Positions 18,908-29,457 of a DNA stretch of 64,000 bases are shown in pieces. The notes under the pieces are model-generated. The model was not told where the DNA came from. It saw only the letters and a program-made list of their open reading frames with translations, and did not search any database. The DNA comes from Nitrosopumilus sp. (GTDB lineage: Archaea; Thermoproteota; Nitrososphaeria; Nitrososphaerales; Nitrosopumilaceae). The DNA lies in contig OZ250186.1 in assembly GCA_965238275.1 (NCBI GenBank), positions 1,856,001 to 1,920,000 on the forward strand, read 5' to 3'. The position numbers and the translations under genes were made by a program. Numbering within the stretch: position 1 is the first letter of the stretch; each line of letters starts with the position of its first letter.

Positions 18908-20301
18908 TATTCGTTAAAGGCGTAGCGTCTCTCGCCGCGGGATTCGATATCCGTGTTTACGTTTACCAGAACAAACTCGTCTTTTGTGTACACTATGGGC
19001 TCGCTCGGGGTCAGCATGTTCTCATGAAGCTTTTCATACTCTACCAATGTCAGTCTCGTTCTTTGTCCTATCTCGGTCTCCAGGTTCATGTTTCGTACAA
19101 TCTCCTTGTATCCAGGCTGGATGGTCCCGCTGAATACCATGGCGCTGCTTCCGCTCCCATACGAGCCGAATCCGACCCTCTTGCCTTCTAGGTCTATCCC
19201 CTTTTTGTACTCAAACTCCAGGCTGCTTCGGAATCCCAGATACAGGGAGGCAGTATAGAGGTTCCCTATCATGCTCGAGGCGACAAGTGAGCTTGCAAGC
19301 TTTGATTCGTATATCTCCTGAAACTCCGGGGTCTTGGTAAGCAGTCTTGTAAACTTTTGATCCTTTGTCATGAACTCACCGTCTGCCAGTATGGACTCGA
19401 TTGTGCCCCGCGGATCCTTTGGGACCGGTTCTGGTACCCCCACATGCTGCAGAATATTCTTCCATCGCGGGAGCTGGCGCCATTCGTGCCGGACCAGGTA
19501 CGCCAGGGCCTTCTTTCCCATGTTGCTGTACGGCAGGTGCATGTTGATGTAGTCCATGTGGTCCAGAATGGTTCCATCCGGCTCCAGCTTGATAAGCCCC
19601 GTGGAGAGCGCCTTCTTTTTGTATGCCTCAAGGGCCTTTCTTACCTGAATCATGTAAAGCAGATTGGAGTACTGTCCGTGTACAATCGGGGTCTCTTTTC
19701 CAAACGGCCTGTAAAAGTCATACTCGTCCTTGATTGATGTGGCCGTAACCCGCGGGTCAAACGAGAGCAGTCTTGGCTGATCGTTGAGAAGCAGTACCAG
19801 TGCACCTGCGCCCTGCGTCATCTCGCCGCTGGAGCCCAGGTCGTACTTGGCAATGTCAGATACTACCACCAGGGCGTACTTGCCCTCTGACTCCCCGGCC
19901 CTGATCCAGTTTGTGTTGTCGTAAAGTGCATAGGAGCCGCTGACGCATGCAAACTTGGTCTCGACGCCGCCGCAGTGCTCGAATGTATCCGGCCCATAAA
20001 TCTGCTCAAGCATGCCGACCACATACGAGTTCATTGCCTTGGACTCGTCAAAGGAGGACTCTGTCGAGACGTACAGCCTTCCGATGTCATCAGGGGACAG
20101 ATTGTTCCTCTGCATGACCTTCAGGCATGCGTTTGCCGCAAGGCATGCGGGATCCTGATTGGCATCAACCATCGCCATCTGCGATATGCCCAGGCCCTTT
20201 TGCAGTTTTACCGGATCAACCCCCCTGGCTTCGGCAAAGTCCGAGGCGTCCATGTAGAGCCTGGGAATGTAGATTGCAATGTCATCAATTCCCGCTGCCA
20301 T
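18907..20301 (-). CDS. hmgS: Hydroxymethylglutaryl-CoA synthase
   Basis: STESSFDESK, catalytic FACVSG, SDIAKY, EMTQGAGA, HLPY, GNLYTASLY, SYGSG. Confidence 0.95.
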   Translation of the reverse strand: MAAGIDDIAIYIPRLYMDASDFAEARGVDPVKLQKGLGISQMAMVDANQDPACLAANACLKVMQRNNLSPDDIGRLYVSTESSFDESKAMNSYVVGMLEQIYGPDTFEHCGGVETKFACVSGSYALYDNTNWIRAGESEGKYALVVVSDIAKYDLGSSGEMTQGAGALVLLLNDQPRLLSFDPRVTATSIKDEYDFYRPFGKETPIVHGQYSNLLYMIQVRKALEAYKKKALSTGLIKLEPDGTILDHMDYINMHLPYSNMGKKALAYLVRHEWRQLPRWKNILQHVGVPEPVPKDPRGTIESILADGEFMTKDQKFTRLLTKTPEFQEIYESKLASSLVASSMIGNLYTASLYLGFRSSLEFEYKKGIDLEGKRVGFGSYGSGSSAMVFSGTIQPGYKEIVRNMNLETEIGQRTRLTLVEYEKLHENMLTPSEPIVYTKDEFVLVNVNTDIESRGERRYAFNE

Positions 20302-20348
20302 AAGCTTGGCTTAGAGGATTCCCTAATAAGGTTATGTGACAGATCATG

Positions 20349-21997
20349 GTATGGACTCAGGTCCGTGCCTAGATTTTAATCGCTTGTGCATCAAATTAGA
20401 CCATGCCGATTTATTGATCTCGGAATCCGCGAACCCACGTGAGCAAATCAGAGATATCGCTCCTACGCAGGGAGCTGGCAAGGGTAGTGACGGAGTTCGA
20501 GAAGTTTAAGAAAACGATGTACAAGACAAATGCCGAACTCACCAAGAAGGTGACGCTGCTCGAGATTGAAAACGACCGCCTGACCCTGGAGAATGCAGGA
20601 TACCGCAGGAGGCTCCGCAAGTACGAAAACCCCAACATGTCCTCGTCCACATATTCGTTGTACAACTCGGACCGCACGGCATTCAGGAAGCGGATGGACA
20701 TGGAGGCCAAGATGGAGTCCGATGGCAGCGGGCCCAAGGAAGGAGAAAAGTCCGAATCGGAAGGCGGACCTGAATCAGAAGGCGAAGGCGCCGGAGACAA
20801 GACCCGCAAGGGACCGCCGGCAGGACACGCCGGCGCCTCGCACAAGAACAAGGCCGAGAGGACCGAGAGTCTGCCAGTGTGCAGGTGCGAAAAGTGCGGA
20901 CGCGGACACCTGGTCCGGATGCCGTCCATTGTCAAGATGGTGTATGATTTTCCCGACGACGGCGCCATGAGGATCGAGCGCGTCGCGTACCTGGTGGGAC
21001 AGGGGTTGTGCAAGAGGTGCAATCACGTCAGCTCTGCCGTGCCTCCCACGATCCCCGGCACGTCGCTTGGCCCCAAGGCCCTGGGGTTTGTGGAGGAGTA
21101 CTACGACAAGAGGAGCACGGACTACACCGTATCATACTATTTCAAGGCGCTGTACGGGTTTGGCATATCGCCAAACGCCATATGGAACGCGCGCAAGGCC
21201 CTCAAAAAGATCCTCAAGGGCGCGTACGAGGGCATACTGGCCCACATCGCCGAGGCCGCGTTCGTGCAGTTTGACGAGTCCCACATGAAGATGAACGGGA
21301 AGAAGGGGTACGTGTGGCTGGTCACCGCCGGGGACGCCACGTATCTGGTGGCCGCCCCGAGCAGGGCGGCCCTCGTGATAAACGCGCATTTTGCCCGGCT
21401 GCTTGGCAAGCCGGTGGTGGTGGATGGGTACACCGTCTACAACATGTTCCCAGTCAAGCAGAGGTGCTGGGTGCACCTGCTGCGCGCCGCAGAAGAGTAC
21501 GCCATCAAGAACGGCGGCAACGATCTTGCCTGCTACCGCAGGCTGCTTGCCCTGTACCGGTCAGTCAAGGACAGGGAGTCTGCCGGATCCGGCGAGTGCC
21601 TGGACCTGGAAAGGACGGTGCTCCAAATCGCCTCGGACTACGGGGAGTCCCACGACTTCCGCACGACGCTTGAGAACGCGGCCCCGTGCATGTTCACGTT
21701 CCTCAGGCATCCGGGCATGCCGCCGCATAACAACGCAGCAGAGCTTGAGATACGCGACACTGCGGTGCTGCACGGGAACGTGCGGCACCAGCTGTCCGAA
21801 CCCGAGGGGCGGGAGGTCTTCTCGGTGCTGATATCAGTGGCGCGCACCTGTCACAAGCAGGGCATCTTCCCGCGCCAAGCAATCGAGAACATCATCATGG
21901 ATCCTGGCTGGAGCATATTCAAGCCACCCGAACAATATCAGAAGGTTTCTGTACCCGCAGTGGCAGCGTAGCGCAGTTTGGCGACCTGAGTCCATAC
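20349..21997 (+). mobile_element. Single-ORF IS66-family element (type A)
   Basis: TIR GTATGGACTCAGGTC / GACCTGAGTCCATAC; 8-bp TSD AGATCATG at 20341-48 and 21998-22005. Confidence 0.94.
20439..21971 (+). CDS. IS66-family transposase
   Basis: Coiled coil, CEKC/CKRC zinc finger, FDES, VDGY, QRCWVH, NNAAELEIR. Confidence 0.93.
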   Translation: MSKSEISLLRRELARVVTEFEKFKKTMYKTNAELTKKVTLLEIENDRLTLENAGYRRRLRKYENPNMSSSTYSLYNSDRTAFRKRMDMEAKMESDGSGPKEGEKSESEGGPESEGEGAGDKTRKGPPAGHAGASHKNKAERTESLPVCRCEKCGRGHLVRMPSIVKMVYDFPDDGAMRIERVAYLVGQGLCKRCNHVSSAVPPTIPGTSLGPKALGFVEEYYDKRSTDYTVSYYFKALYGFGISPNAIWNARKALKKILKGAYEGILAHIAEAAFVQFDESHMKMNGKKGYVWLVTAGDATYLVAAPSRAALVINAHFARLLGKPVVVDGYTVYNMFPVKQRCWVHLLRAAEEYAIKNGGNDLACYRRLLALYRSVKDRESAGSGECLDLERTVLQIASDYGESHDFRTTLENAAPCMFTFLRHPGMPPHNNAAELEIRDTAVLHGNVRHQLSEPEGREVFSVLISVARTCHKQGIFPRQAIENIIMDPGWSIFKPPEQYQKVSVPAVAA

Positions 21998-22200
21998 AGA
22001 TCATGGTACATCCCCAGATCCAGATTCAGATTAGGCACAAGAACACGCGATTGTGTGGATATTCACGCCCGAGTTGGAGGGAGGCCTGAGCACGTACAGA
22101 ACAGGACAGACGCCCCATTGCAGTCATGGACGGGCGTGGACATAATTCCCCACCTGCGGGAATCATCCCACGGATGATGATGATGCCACCACCTCAAAGA

Positions 22201-22962
22201 TTACAAATCAGCATCAAGCGCATCCTCAAAGGCCCGCTCAAATGTGTGATACGGCTGTGCGCCGAAGATGCGCGTAACGCTGCCGTCAGGCCCAATCACA
22301 AAGAACGCGGGGGTTCCGCCAAGTTCCAGCGTTTTTGCATCATCGTTGCTTGCAAGAATGGTCCCGGAGTGTGGTCTGTCGGCCATGCATTCAGACCACC
22401 TGTCAGTATCAACTCCGACATCCATGGCAAACCTGTCCAGATTCTCCAGTGATGCCCATCCGTTGTTCTCCCCGGTCCAGTTGGAGTACAGCGTATCATG
22501 GTATTCCCAGAACAGCCCCTGATCACCTGCACAGTGGGCCCCGTGCGAGGCATTAACAGAGTCCGGGCCTATGATGTTGTAGTCCTTGAATATCATTTTG
22601 ACCTGCCCGGTATCCACGTACCCTTCCAGAATCCGCCCTTCCGTAGAGTGGAAGAAGACGTTACAGAAATGGCACTGATAGTCGCCAAACTCCACAAGGA
22701 TTATTGGCGCATCCGCATCCCCCAGAACCGGGGAACCGTGTGCCAGCAGCGTCTCTGCGGCAATACCAGAACCGGTCCTGATGTCCTCAGGATGCTCCAA
22801 TATCGGCGTGTCCTCTGAGCCTCCGGACACAAGCAATGCAACAAGCACCCCGACAGCAGCAACTGCACCCCCAAACCCAACCAACAGACTGCGCCCCAAC
22901 AAACCACGACGGACAGAAATACATTTAGTTCTTTGGGGGGCAATGCTGGGAATCATGCGCAA
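22201..22962 (-). CDS. DsbA-family thioredoxin-fold protein, membrane anchored
   Basis: EFGDYQCHFC, GGTPAFF, GAQPY; true start probably downstream of 22962. Confidence 0.9.
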   Translation of the reverse strand: MRMIPSIAPQRTKCISVRRGLLGRSLLVGFGGAVAAVGVLVALLVSGGSEDTPILEHPEDIRTGSGIAAETLLAHGSPVLGDADAPIILVEFGDYQCHFCNVFFHSTEGRILEGYVDTGQVKMIFKDYNIIGPDSVNASHGAHCAGDQGLFWEYHDTLYSNWTGENNGWASLENLDRFAMDVGVDTDRWSECMADRPHSGTILASNDDAKTLELGGTPAFFVIGPDGSVTRIFGAQPYHTFERAFEDALDADL

Positions 22963-23066
22963 AGGTATGCGCTGCCAATCTCCAGGGCTTTCCCGGGGTC
23001 AGGGACGTGGCGGTTTCATGGATATCCAAAATAATCTAAATAAATGGGTCGGACCCCATCTCATCT

Positions 23067-24119
23067 GTGAAGAAGAAGATCTTTGTCAACGGGTATGGCT
23101 CCATCGGAAGCAGGATTGCCGCATTCCTGATGGACGACCCGGAGGTGTCAGTTGTAGGTGTTGGAAAGTATTCCCATGACGAGGCAGTGGATGAGGCCAT
23201 ATCCAGGGGCCTTGCAGTTTATGTCCCCCGGGACAGGCAGGAACGCTTCCCGGAACACAAGGTTTCAGGAACCGTCGAATCCGCACTGGACGAATGTGAT
23301 CTGGTAATTGATGCATCCCCGGGGGGACGCGGCTTTGCAAACAAGAGGGACCTCTACGAGCCCAGGGGCATTCTGGCCATATACCAGGGAGGAGAGACGG
23401 TTACAGGGCCGGATGCAGTCTCAAAGATCCTATTCAACTCCAGATCAAACTACGATCAGGCACTGGGAGAGCAGCATGTCATGCAGGGCAGCTGCAATGT
23501 GACAGGCATGGGAAGGATGCTCGAACCGCTCCGTGACAGGTACGGCAGTCGCCTGTCCCGCTTTGATGTGACCCTGATAAGGAGATGGGCAGACATGGAA
23601 CAGGCAGACAAGGAGGATGTTCCAGACACCATAGAGATGACAGAGGGGCCCCATCACGGGGATGACGTCAAGGCGTATTTTGGAAGGGACGCGCCGCTCT
23701 TCGTAAGGGCCGTAAAGGTGCCCACAAGGCAGATGCACCTGCACATCATGGATGTCAGGTTTGACGGCACTGCCCCAAAGCCCTCCGAGATTCACAGCAT
23801 ATTTGCAGAAGAGCCCGGGGTTGCCGTTCTCTGGACTGCCAGGGGCACCAGGGATGTAAGGGAGTATGCCAGGAACATGAAGTTCCACTTTACAGACACC
23901 AACATGATTCACATACATGCCAACATGACAGTCTCCATCGGGGACACCGTCCAGATGATGTACTCGGACGACCAAACCGGGATAGTCATTCCGGAGAACC
24001 ACATGCTGATGCAGGCAATGCTGTTTGGAAGGGGATACCGCGAGGCTGCAGCACACACAGAGTCGGTGTTCCACATGGCAGAAAAGAAGCGCCAGCTGCA
24101 GCAGCACTTCAAGGCCTAG
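23067..24119 (+). CDS. gap: Archaeal type II glyceraldehyde-3-phosphate dehydrogenase
   Basis: VNGYGSIGSR, YQGGE, catalytic GSCNVTG, HHGDDV, IVIPEN. Confidence 0.92.
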   Translation: MKKKIFVNGYGSIGSRIAAFLMDDPEVSVVGVGKYSHDEAVDEAISRGLAVYVPRDRQERFPEHKVSGTVESALDECDLVIDASPGGRGFANKRDLYEPRGILAIYQGGETVTGPDAVSKILFNSRSNYDQALGEQHVMQGSCNVTGMGRMLEPLRDRYGSRLSRFDVTLIRRWADMEQADKEDVPDTIEMTEGPHHGDDVKAYFGRDAPLFVRAVKVPTRQMHLHIMDVRFDGTAPKPSEIHSIFAEEPGVAVLWTARGTRDVREYARNMKFHFTDTNMIHIHANMTVSIGDTVQMMYSDDQTGIVIPENHMLMQAMLFGRGYREAAAHTESVFHMAEKKRQLQQHFKA

Positions 24120-25372
24120 CCGTGGATTCTTCGTATCCTTACACGCTGCGGGATGTTCTTTGATACCGCCTCGACTATTATCCTCAGGTTGTCAATCTCG
24201 ATCTTGTCCCCCTCCTGCGGTATGTCATGAAGCCTCTCGTGCAGCAGCCCGCTGAGCGAGGCATAGTCATCGCCCTCCGGAACCTGGGTATTGAAGATCT
24301 CGTTGATGGTGTCAATCTCGATCTCCCCGCTGGCGATTATGGTGTCGCTGTCTATCCTTTCGTATCCGGCAGGCCTTGCCGCATCAGCCTCATCCTCAAT
24401 CTCGCCGACTATCTCCTCAAGCAGATCCTCCAGGGTAACTAGCCCCTCAGTCCCGCCGTGTTCGTCAATAACGATTGCCATGTGCGTCTTTCTTCCCTTC
24501 ATCTCCTTGAGCAGGGAGCTGACCGTCTTTTCCTGGGATGCAAATACAGGCTCCCTTGCCATCTGTTTGAGCCGAACCATCCGGTTATCCCCTTCAAGCT
24601 CCTTTAGGACGTCCCGGACATGGACAAACCCGACTACCTCGTCCCTTGAATTCTCAAATATTGGAATTCTCGAGTGCCCGCTCTGGTTAATCAGGGGCAG
24701 GGCCTCAAAGAGCAGCATTCCTGAGGGAAGCGTGAACATCCGCGTGCGCGGCGTCATGACAGAACGGATCACAGTATCGTCAAACTTTAGGGCGCCTGCG
24801 GCCATCTCCATCTCATCGCGCTCGATTGCCTTCTCCGCCAGTCCCTGAACAATCACTCCCCGTATCTCATCTTCGGTGATTGGCGGAGGGGTGTGACTGC
24901 TTCCTGTCAGCCGGACAACGCCCAGGGTGATAATCTCAAAGAACTTGACTACGGGGTAGAATGCATAACTGAATGCCAGCAGGACAGGCGCGTATCTGAG
25001 TGCAATCTTTGTAGAGTTTGCATTACAGTACGTCTTGGGGGTGATCTCCCCGAATATCAGAATCAGAAACGTCATTATCCCGACTGCGATTCCCAGCCCC
25101 TCGTCCCCGAACAGCCTTATTGCCACGCTGGTTGCAAGGGCGGAGGCCCCCACGTTGACAAGGTTGTTTCCAAGGTTTACACTTGACATCATCCAGCTTG
25201 GATTTGTCTTGAGCTTGTGCAGGGCCTTGGCGCCCTTCTTTTTGTCATTTAGCAGCTGGGCTATCTTTGATTTGCTGACTCCGACCAGCGCTACTTCCAA
25301 TCCGCTAAAGAAGCCGGACAGCCCGATGAGTACTGCCAGTACCAGTGCTTCAATCCAAAAATCTGCCAACAT
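24116..25372 (-). CDS. CNNM/HlyC-CorC family protein (DUF21 + CBS pair + CorC)
   Basis: SGFFSGLEVA, GNNLVN, FGEITPK, VMTPR, HSRIP, DEHGG, EDLLEEIVGEIEDE. Confidence 0.93.
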   Translation of the reverse strand: MLADFWIEALVLAVLIGLSGFFSGLEVALVGVSKSKIAQLLNDKKKGAKALHKLKTNPSWMMSSVNLGNNLVNVGASALATSVAIRLFGDEGLGIAVGIMTFLILIFGEITPKTYCNANSTKIALRYAPVLLAFSYAFYPVVKFFEIITLGVVRLTGSSHTPPPITEDEIRGVIVQGLAEKAIERDEMEMAAGALKFDDTVIRSVMTPRTRMFTLPSGMLLFEALPLINQSGHSRIPIFENSRDEVVGFVHVRDVLKELEGDNRMVRLKQMAREPVFASQEKTVSSLLKEMKGRKTHMAIVIDEHGGTEGLVTLEDLLEEIVGEIEDEADAARPAGYERIDSDTIIASGEIEIDTINEIFNTQVPEGDDYASLSGLLHERLHDIPQEGDKIEIDNLRIIVEAVSKNIPQRVRIRRIHG

Positions 25373-25475
25373 TCCCTCCGAAAGAATTGCTTGGAATAAT
25401 TGTGCCTTTGCTCATTTAGTTCTTTGACACCATCTCTTGGTTGCAGTATATGTGCCGAACATGGATTTAATCTTT

Positions 25476-25571
25476 TCATTTTGCCGGCACTGGGAAGTTG
25501 CTGGGGTATGATTCTCTCCGGGAAACGTCGGGGTATAGCATGACTCGATCTTCTCGGCAGTATGAAAAGTT
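25476..25571 (-). repeat. Cluster of ATACCCCGA..TTCCCAG motifs (left, inverted)
   Basis: Reverse complement of 25490-25536 matches 27675-27721 at 40/47 positions. Confidence 0.75.
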
Positions 25572-25601
25572 CAGATTCAGACAAAACAACGCTCCACGCA
25601 A

Positions 25602-26945
25602 GGCGTTGTCCACATTTTGATAATCCCGCTCTATTTCACACTATTTTTGGTTTATTTTGGCACCCCAAATCTGGACTCCGAAGGGAGTTTTGGTGTTGAC
25701 AGGTTTACTATTAGTCGCTTTTGAGCCGTTTTCATCATGTGGTGTATAGCATCTGCTGGAACCGGAAACCGGCATTCTGCCCCTACAGGAGCCCTATGCT
25801 ACCAGATTGTAACAGATGTTTCGCAGAATTACCTGGAGCCTCTGCATGGGGAGCGTCTTTGCGGCCACTACGGAGCCGAACCTTTCCTTCATGGATGAAA
25901 ACACCGACTCGACAGGGCTGCGTTGGTGATACACCTTCTCGAATCCGTCCTGATCCCGCCTGAACCAGCGGAGCATCTCTGCCCGGGGGTTGAAACCCTT
26001 TGCGGTGTGGTTCTTGCGGGGCCATATCACCGGCTTCCTGCCGCTGTCGTAGATCATCTTGCAGTTGGCGCGTGCGTCATATGCCGAATCCAGCATGACG
26101 TGCCCGTCACCGTCTGGCACGCGGGCAATCATCTTTCGGAATATCGGCGAGTCGTGGGTGCGTCCGGGCGTCACCATGCATGCGACGATCTTTCCATGGG
26201 GGGCCACCAGTATATGCAGCTTGACGAACTGACGCCTGGACACGATGCCCTTCTTGGCATCCTCCCAGTCGGCGTAGACGTTGATTGAGAATCCGGTTGC
26301 GTCCCCGAGGAGAGGACCGTGTGCATCACTGCCTGCCTGTCTTAGGATCGTCTCTGCCAGAACCTCCTGCTTTTCTGCCAACCTCTTGGCTGCCGCATGC
26401 AGGCACGATTTGGACGGAACAGCTTTTAAGCCGCATACGTGCAGTGAACCTGGGTTTGCCTCTAGGTACGAGACGTGTTCCCGGTATGAGTTGCCGCGAA
26501 ACTCCTTGTCCATGAGGCAGATCAAGTAGGAGATCTCACGCCGGTCCTTATCAGATTTTGGTTTGAAGATCTCGTACAGGGTGGTGGCAAGGGAATCGGA
26601 TTCTGATTGATACTCGTTTCCCCTCTCCACTCCTTCTCACCTCGTATTCTTTGCTGTAGCCTTTCGGCCGCACCCATTTCTCCTTGTTTTCCTTGTCTTT
26701 GTCTTCCTTGGCTCTCTTTGCCTTCCTCTTTTTTCTATTGGAATTCATTAATTGTGAGCGGGATCGGTGATCCAAAACTTTTCTGGTGTCTGACGCTAAT
26801 GATCTTTAAGCGTAACGTTATCTTTCGGCCTGTTCTTTGCCTTCCTCTTTTTTCTATTGGAATTCATTTTTTTGACTTTTCTGGTGTCTGACGCTAAGAT
26901 CTTTAAGCGTAACGTTACTTTTTTGAGGAAGATGTGGACAACGCC
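25602..26945 (-). mobile_element. IS5-family element (type B1)
   Basis: TIR GGCGTTGTCCACAT; TSD CTCCACGCAA at 25592-25601 and 26946-55. Confidence 0.93.
25794..26748 (-). pseudogene. IS5-family (DDE_Tnp_1-like) transposase with one frameshift near 26597
   Basis: ORFs 26551..26775 and 25794..26630 together align with the intact relative 36669..37631; GDATG, KLH, LDSAYD, YHQRSPVESVFS. Confidence 0.85.
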
Positions 26946-26990
26946 CTCCACGCAACAATGCTTTTTATAGCTCTTTTCAGGCAAAATGCC

Positions 26991-27530
26991 GTGCAACAGA
27001 CACATTACAACAAACTCATCCTTGTAATGCTGGGCCTTGTCGTGTTTTGCTCAGTCGTCGCGTCCCTGGTCGTGGTCTTCTTTTTAGCTCCAGTGGTGAT
27101 TTATGGCGGCGGACCGTTCGGGATGGGCGAACCCCCGGATATTCCGGATGACGTGCTGCAGGATCTAAAGGATGAGATTTACGCACTAGAGTCCGTAACC
27201 ACGTTCAAAGAGGCATATCCAAGTTACAGGGAGCACTTTGAGGAACACTATGGTGTGGAATACGTCATACAGGCCAGAAATTCAAACACGGGCAACATAT
27301 TATCACTAATGATCAACTATTACCCCCTGGGGCCTCCCGGAAGCACCGACGAATTCCAAAGCAACTCCCACCTGGAATGCATTCCGGGAGAGGGAATTTT
27401 GGGACCCGAAAGCATGATGATGCAAAACATGTTCAGAGGGGGCGGGGAGGACCTGTTCATTCACGAAACAATCAGTACCACAAACTGTCTTGATGACGAT
27501 TGGGAACCGGTCATGGTAACCGACAGGTAG
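26991..27530 (+). CDS. Membrane-anchored acidic hypothetical protein
   Basis: N-terminal TM helix and acidic ectodomain with 2 Cys; TATA TTTTTATA at 26962 favours GTG 26991 (the track start lies inside the IS end). Confidence 0.75.
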   Translation: MQQTHYNKLILVMLGLVVFCSVVASLVVVFFLAPVVIYGGGPFGMGEPPDIPDDVLQDLKDEIYALESVTTFKEAYPSYREHFEEHYGVEYVIQARNSNTGNILSLMINYYPLGPPGSTDEFQSNSHLECIPGEGILGPESMMMQNMFRGGGEDLFIHETISTTNCLDDDWEPVMVTDR

Positions 27531-27629
27531 TCACGAGGGTGCCGATCCAAATCCCGCTTACACATTTCCAACCGATGATCAGAACGTTTACGTTGTGGGT
27601 CACTCTGGCAAGTCACTAAGATGGGTTCT

Positions 27630-27776
27630 CATACCCCGATAACTTCCCAGTACCTGTAAAACCGAACTGTTGCCATACCCCGACGTTTCCCAGAGAGGAT
27701 CATACCCCGATAACTTTTCAGTATTGTCGATCTACTGAATTTCCCGCGTAGAATGATCTACCGATAACTTCCCAAA
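27630..27776 (+). repeat. Cluster of 4-5 CATACCCCGATAACTTCCCAG-like motifs (right)
   Basis: Copies at ~27630, 27674, 27701; degenerate copies at ~27729 and 27755. Confidence 0.8.
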
Positions 27777-27849
27777 ACTATTTTGCCGAATGAGATTCAC
27801 AACTCAGGGTCACAGGCACGGCATACACATATGGTTGATGCAGGGCAGG

Positions 27850-29193
27850 CTAGTTCTTGGGAGGCCTTGCAAATATGTTTTCAGGGTTGTTATGGTACGT
27901 CACAGACAGCATTGCATCCTTTTGCCTGCCGGTAAGAATTCCCACCACGGTGTCATCCTTTTTTATCACTTCCTGGCCAATCAGTTTTTTCACGCCCACC
28001 ACGGTGGCACCGGATGCCATCTCGCAGTCAAATCCGTTCAATCCGACAACGGACATGCCATCAAGCATCTCAGAGTCCGAGACGGTAGTCACCACGCCGT
28101 CTGTAAACTCCAATGCACGCAACCCCTTGAGAATGTTTGCAGGTCTTCCTATCTGAATTGCAGTGGCGTGGGTCTTTGGACGCAGCCTCTCCTGGTCCAA
28201 ATAGTCATAGTATCTGGCAATCAGATCGGTGTTTGGGTGCCCCTTGTTCCATCGCAGTTCCTCGCCTTCAAATTCCCCATTGTACAGCTCAGACAGGGTA
28301 GAGGCCCCATGCGCATTAATGACTGCAATCCGCGGGATCTTCTTGATCCACCCCAGATCATACAATTCCATAAGGGCCTTGCCGCAGCTTGAGGTGTTTC
28401 CCAACGCACCTCCCGGGTATACTATCCAGTCGGGTGCCTCCCAATCAAGGTATTCCAGGGCACGAAACGGAATAGTCTTTTGTCCCTCTATCCTAAACGG
28501 ATTGACAGAGTTTACCGTGTATCCGCCGTGGTTCCTGGCATTATCCAGGGACTGGTTTAGCGCATCATCAAAGTTCCCGTCAACCTCCACAATCTGGGCC
28601 CCGAACTGGTATGCCTGGCTTAGCTTTCCTGGGGCTATCTGTCCTGCCGGTATGTAGACATCGCAGTTTATCCCCTCGTTGGCTGCAAACATTCCGGCAG
28701 AGGCAGAGGTGTTTCCCGTGGATGCGCAGACTATCTTTTCGGCGCCCACCATCTTGGCGTGCGTTACGGCAGTCGCCATTCCATTATCCTTAAACGAGCC
28801 GCTAGGGTTATAGCCCTCAGGCTGCAGCCAGAGGAACTGGCTCGGAATTCCGATAAACTCTGCGACCTTGGACATCTGATACGGTTTTGACTGCCGGCCT
28901 TCGGCTCCGTCCAGGGACACGAGATTCTCCGAGCATTCCTGTACATCCTCTGTATCTATCTGACAAAAGTTCAGCAGGTCCCTGAACCGCCACACCCCAC
29001 TCTCGTTGAATATGCTGCCCTGCGGGTTCCGCCTCATGTAGAATGTCTCCTTGAGGCTCTCAGACGGCCTGTCCCGGTACATCACGTCAAGCAGGTGTCC
29101 TTTGGCACACTGCACATCGGCATACTCTACTGGATATTCCAGACCGCATCGGGGATCAATACACTTGAGATACGCGCCGGCGCCCATCGTCAT
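27850..29193 (-). CDS. thrC: Threonine synthase
   Basis: NPSGSFKDNG PLP lysine, CASTGNTSAS, NSVNPFRIEGQKT, ATAIQIG. Confidence 0.94.
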   Translation of the reverse strand: MTMGAGAYLKCIDPRCGLEYPVEYADVQCAKGHLLDVMYRDRPSESLKETFYMRRNPQGSIFNESGVWRFRDLLNFCQIDTEDVQECSENLVSLDGAEGRQSKPYQMSKVAEFIGIPSQFLWLQPEGYNPSGSFKDNGMATAVTHAKMVGAEKIVCASTGNTSASAGMFAANEGINCDVYIPAGQIAPGKLSQAYQFGAQIVEVDGNFDDALNQSLDNARNHGGYTVNSVNPFRIEGQKTIPFRALEYLDWEAPDWIVYPGGALGNTSSCGKALMELYDLGWIKKIPRIAVINAHGASTLSELYNGEFEGEELRWNKGHPNTDLIARYYDYLDQERLRPKTHATAIQIGRPANILKGLRALEFTDGVVTTVSDSEMLDGMSVVGLNGFDCEMASGATVVGVKKLIGQEVIKKDDTVVGILTGRQKDAMLSVTYHNNPENIFARPPKN

Positions 29194-29457
29194 TACAGAC
29201 AGATTGTGATAATTTAAAGTGCATGCAAGTCAGGGCCTGCCCGTACACGGATACGACCTGCCCGGATGGGGGCCGTGTACGGCGGATTCTGCCATGGGAG
29301 GGCAAGGCCACAGGCCGCCGTCCTGATGGCGTGGGCTTTTGCATGTGATATCCCCAAGGCACATGTCAGGACCACCACGCCCAAAACCAGACAGGACTTT
29401 GCAGAGTCTATCACATTTACGCTTGGAGGGATTCCAAACACACGTCCAGAAACTTCC

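Noticed and set aside
27630-27776. Possible CRISPR mini-array
   Set aside because: Repeats are degenerate, gaps are only ~6-23 bp and irregular, and there are no cas genes.
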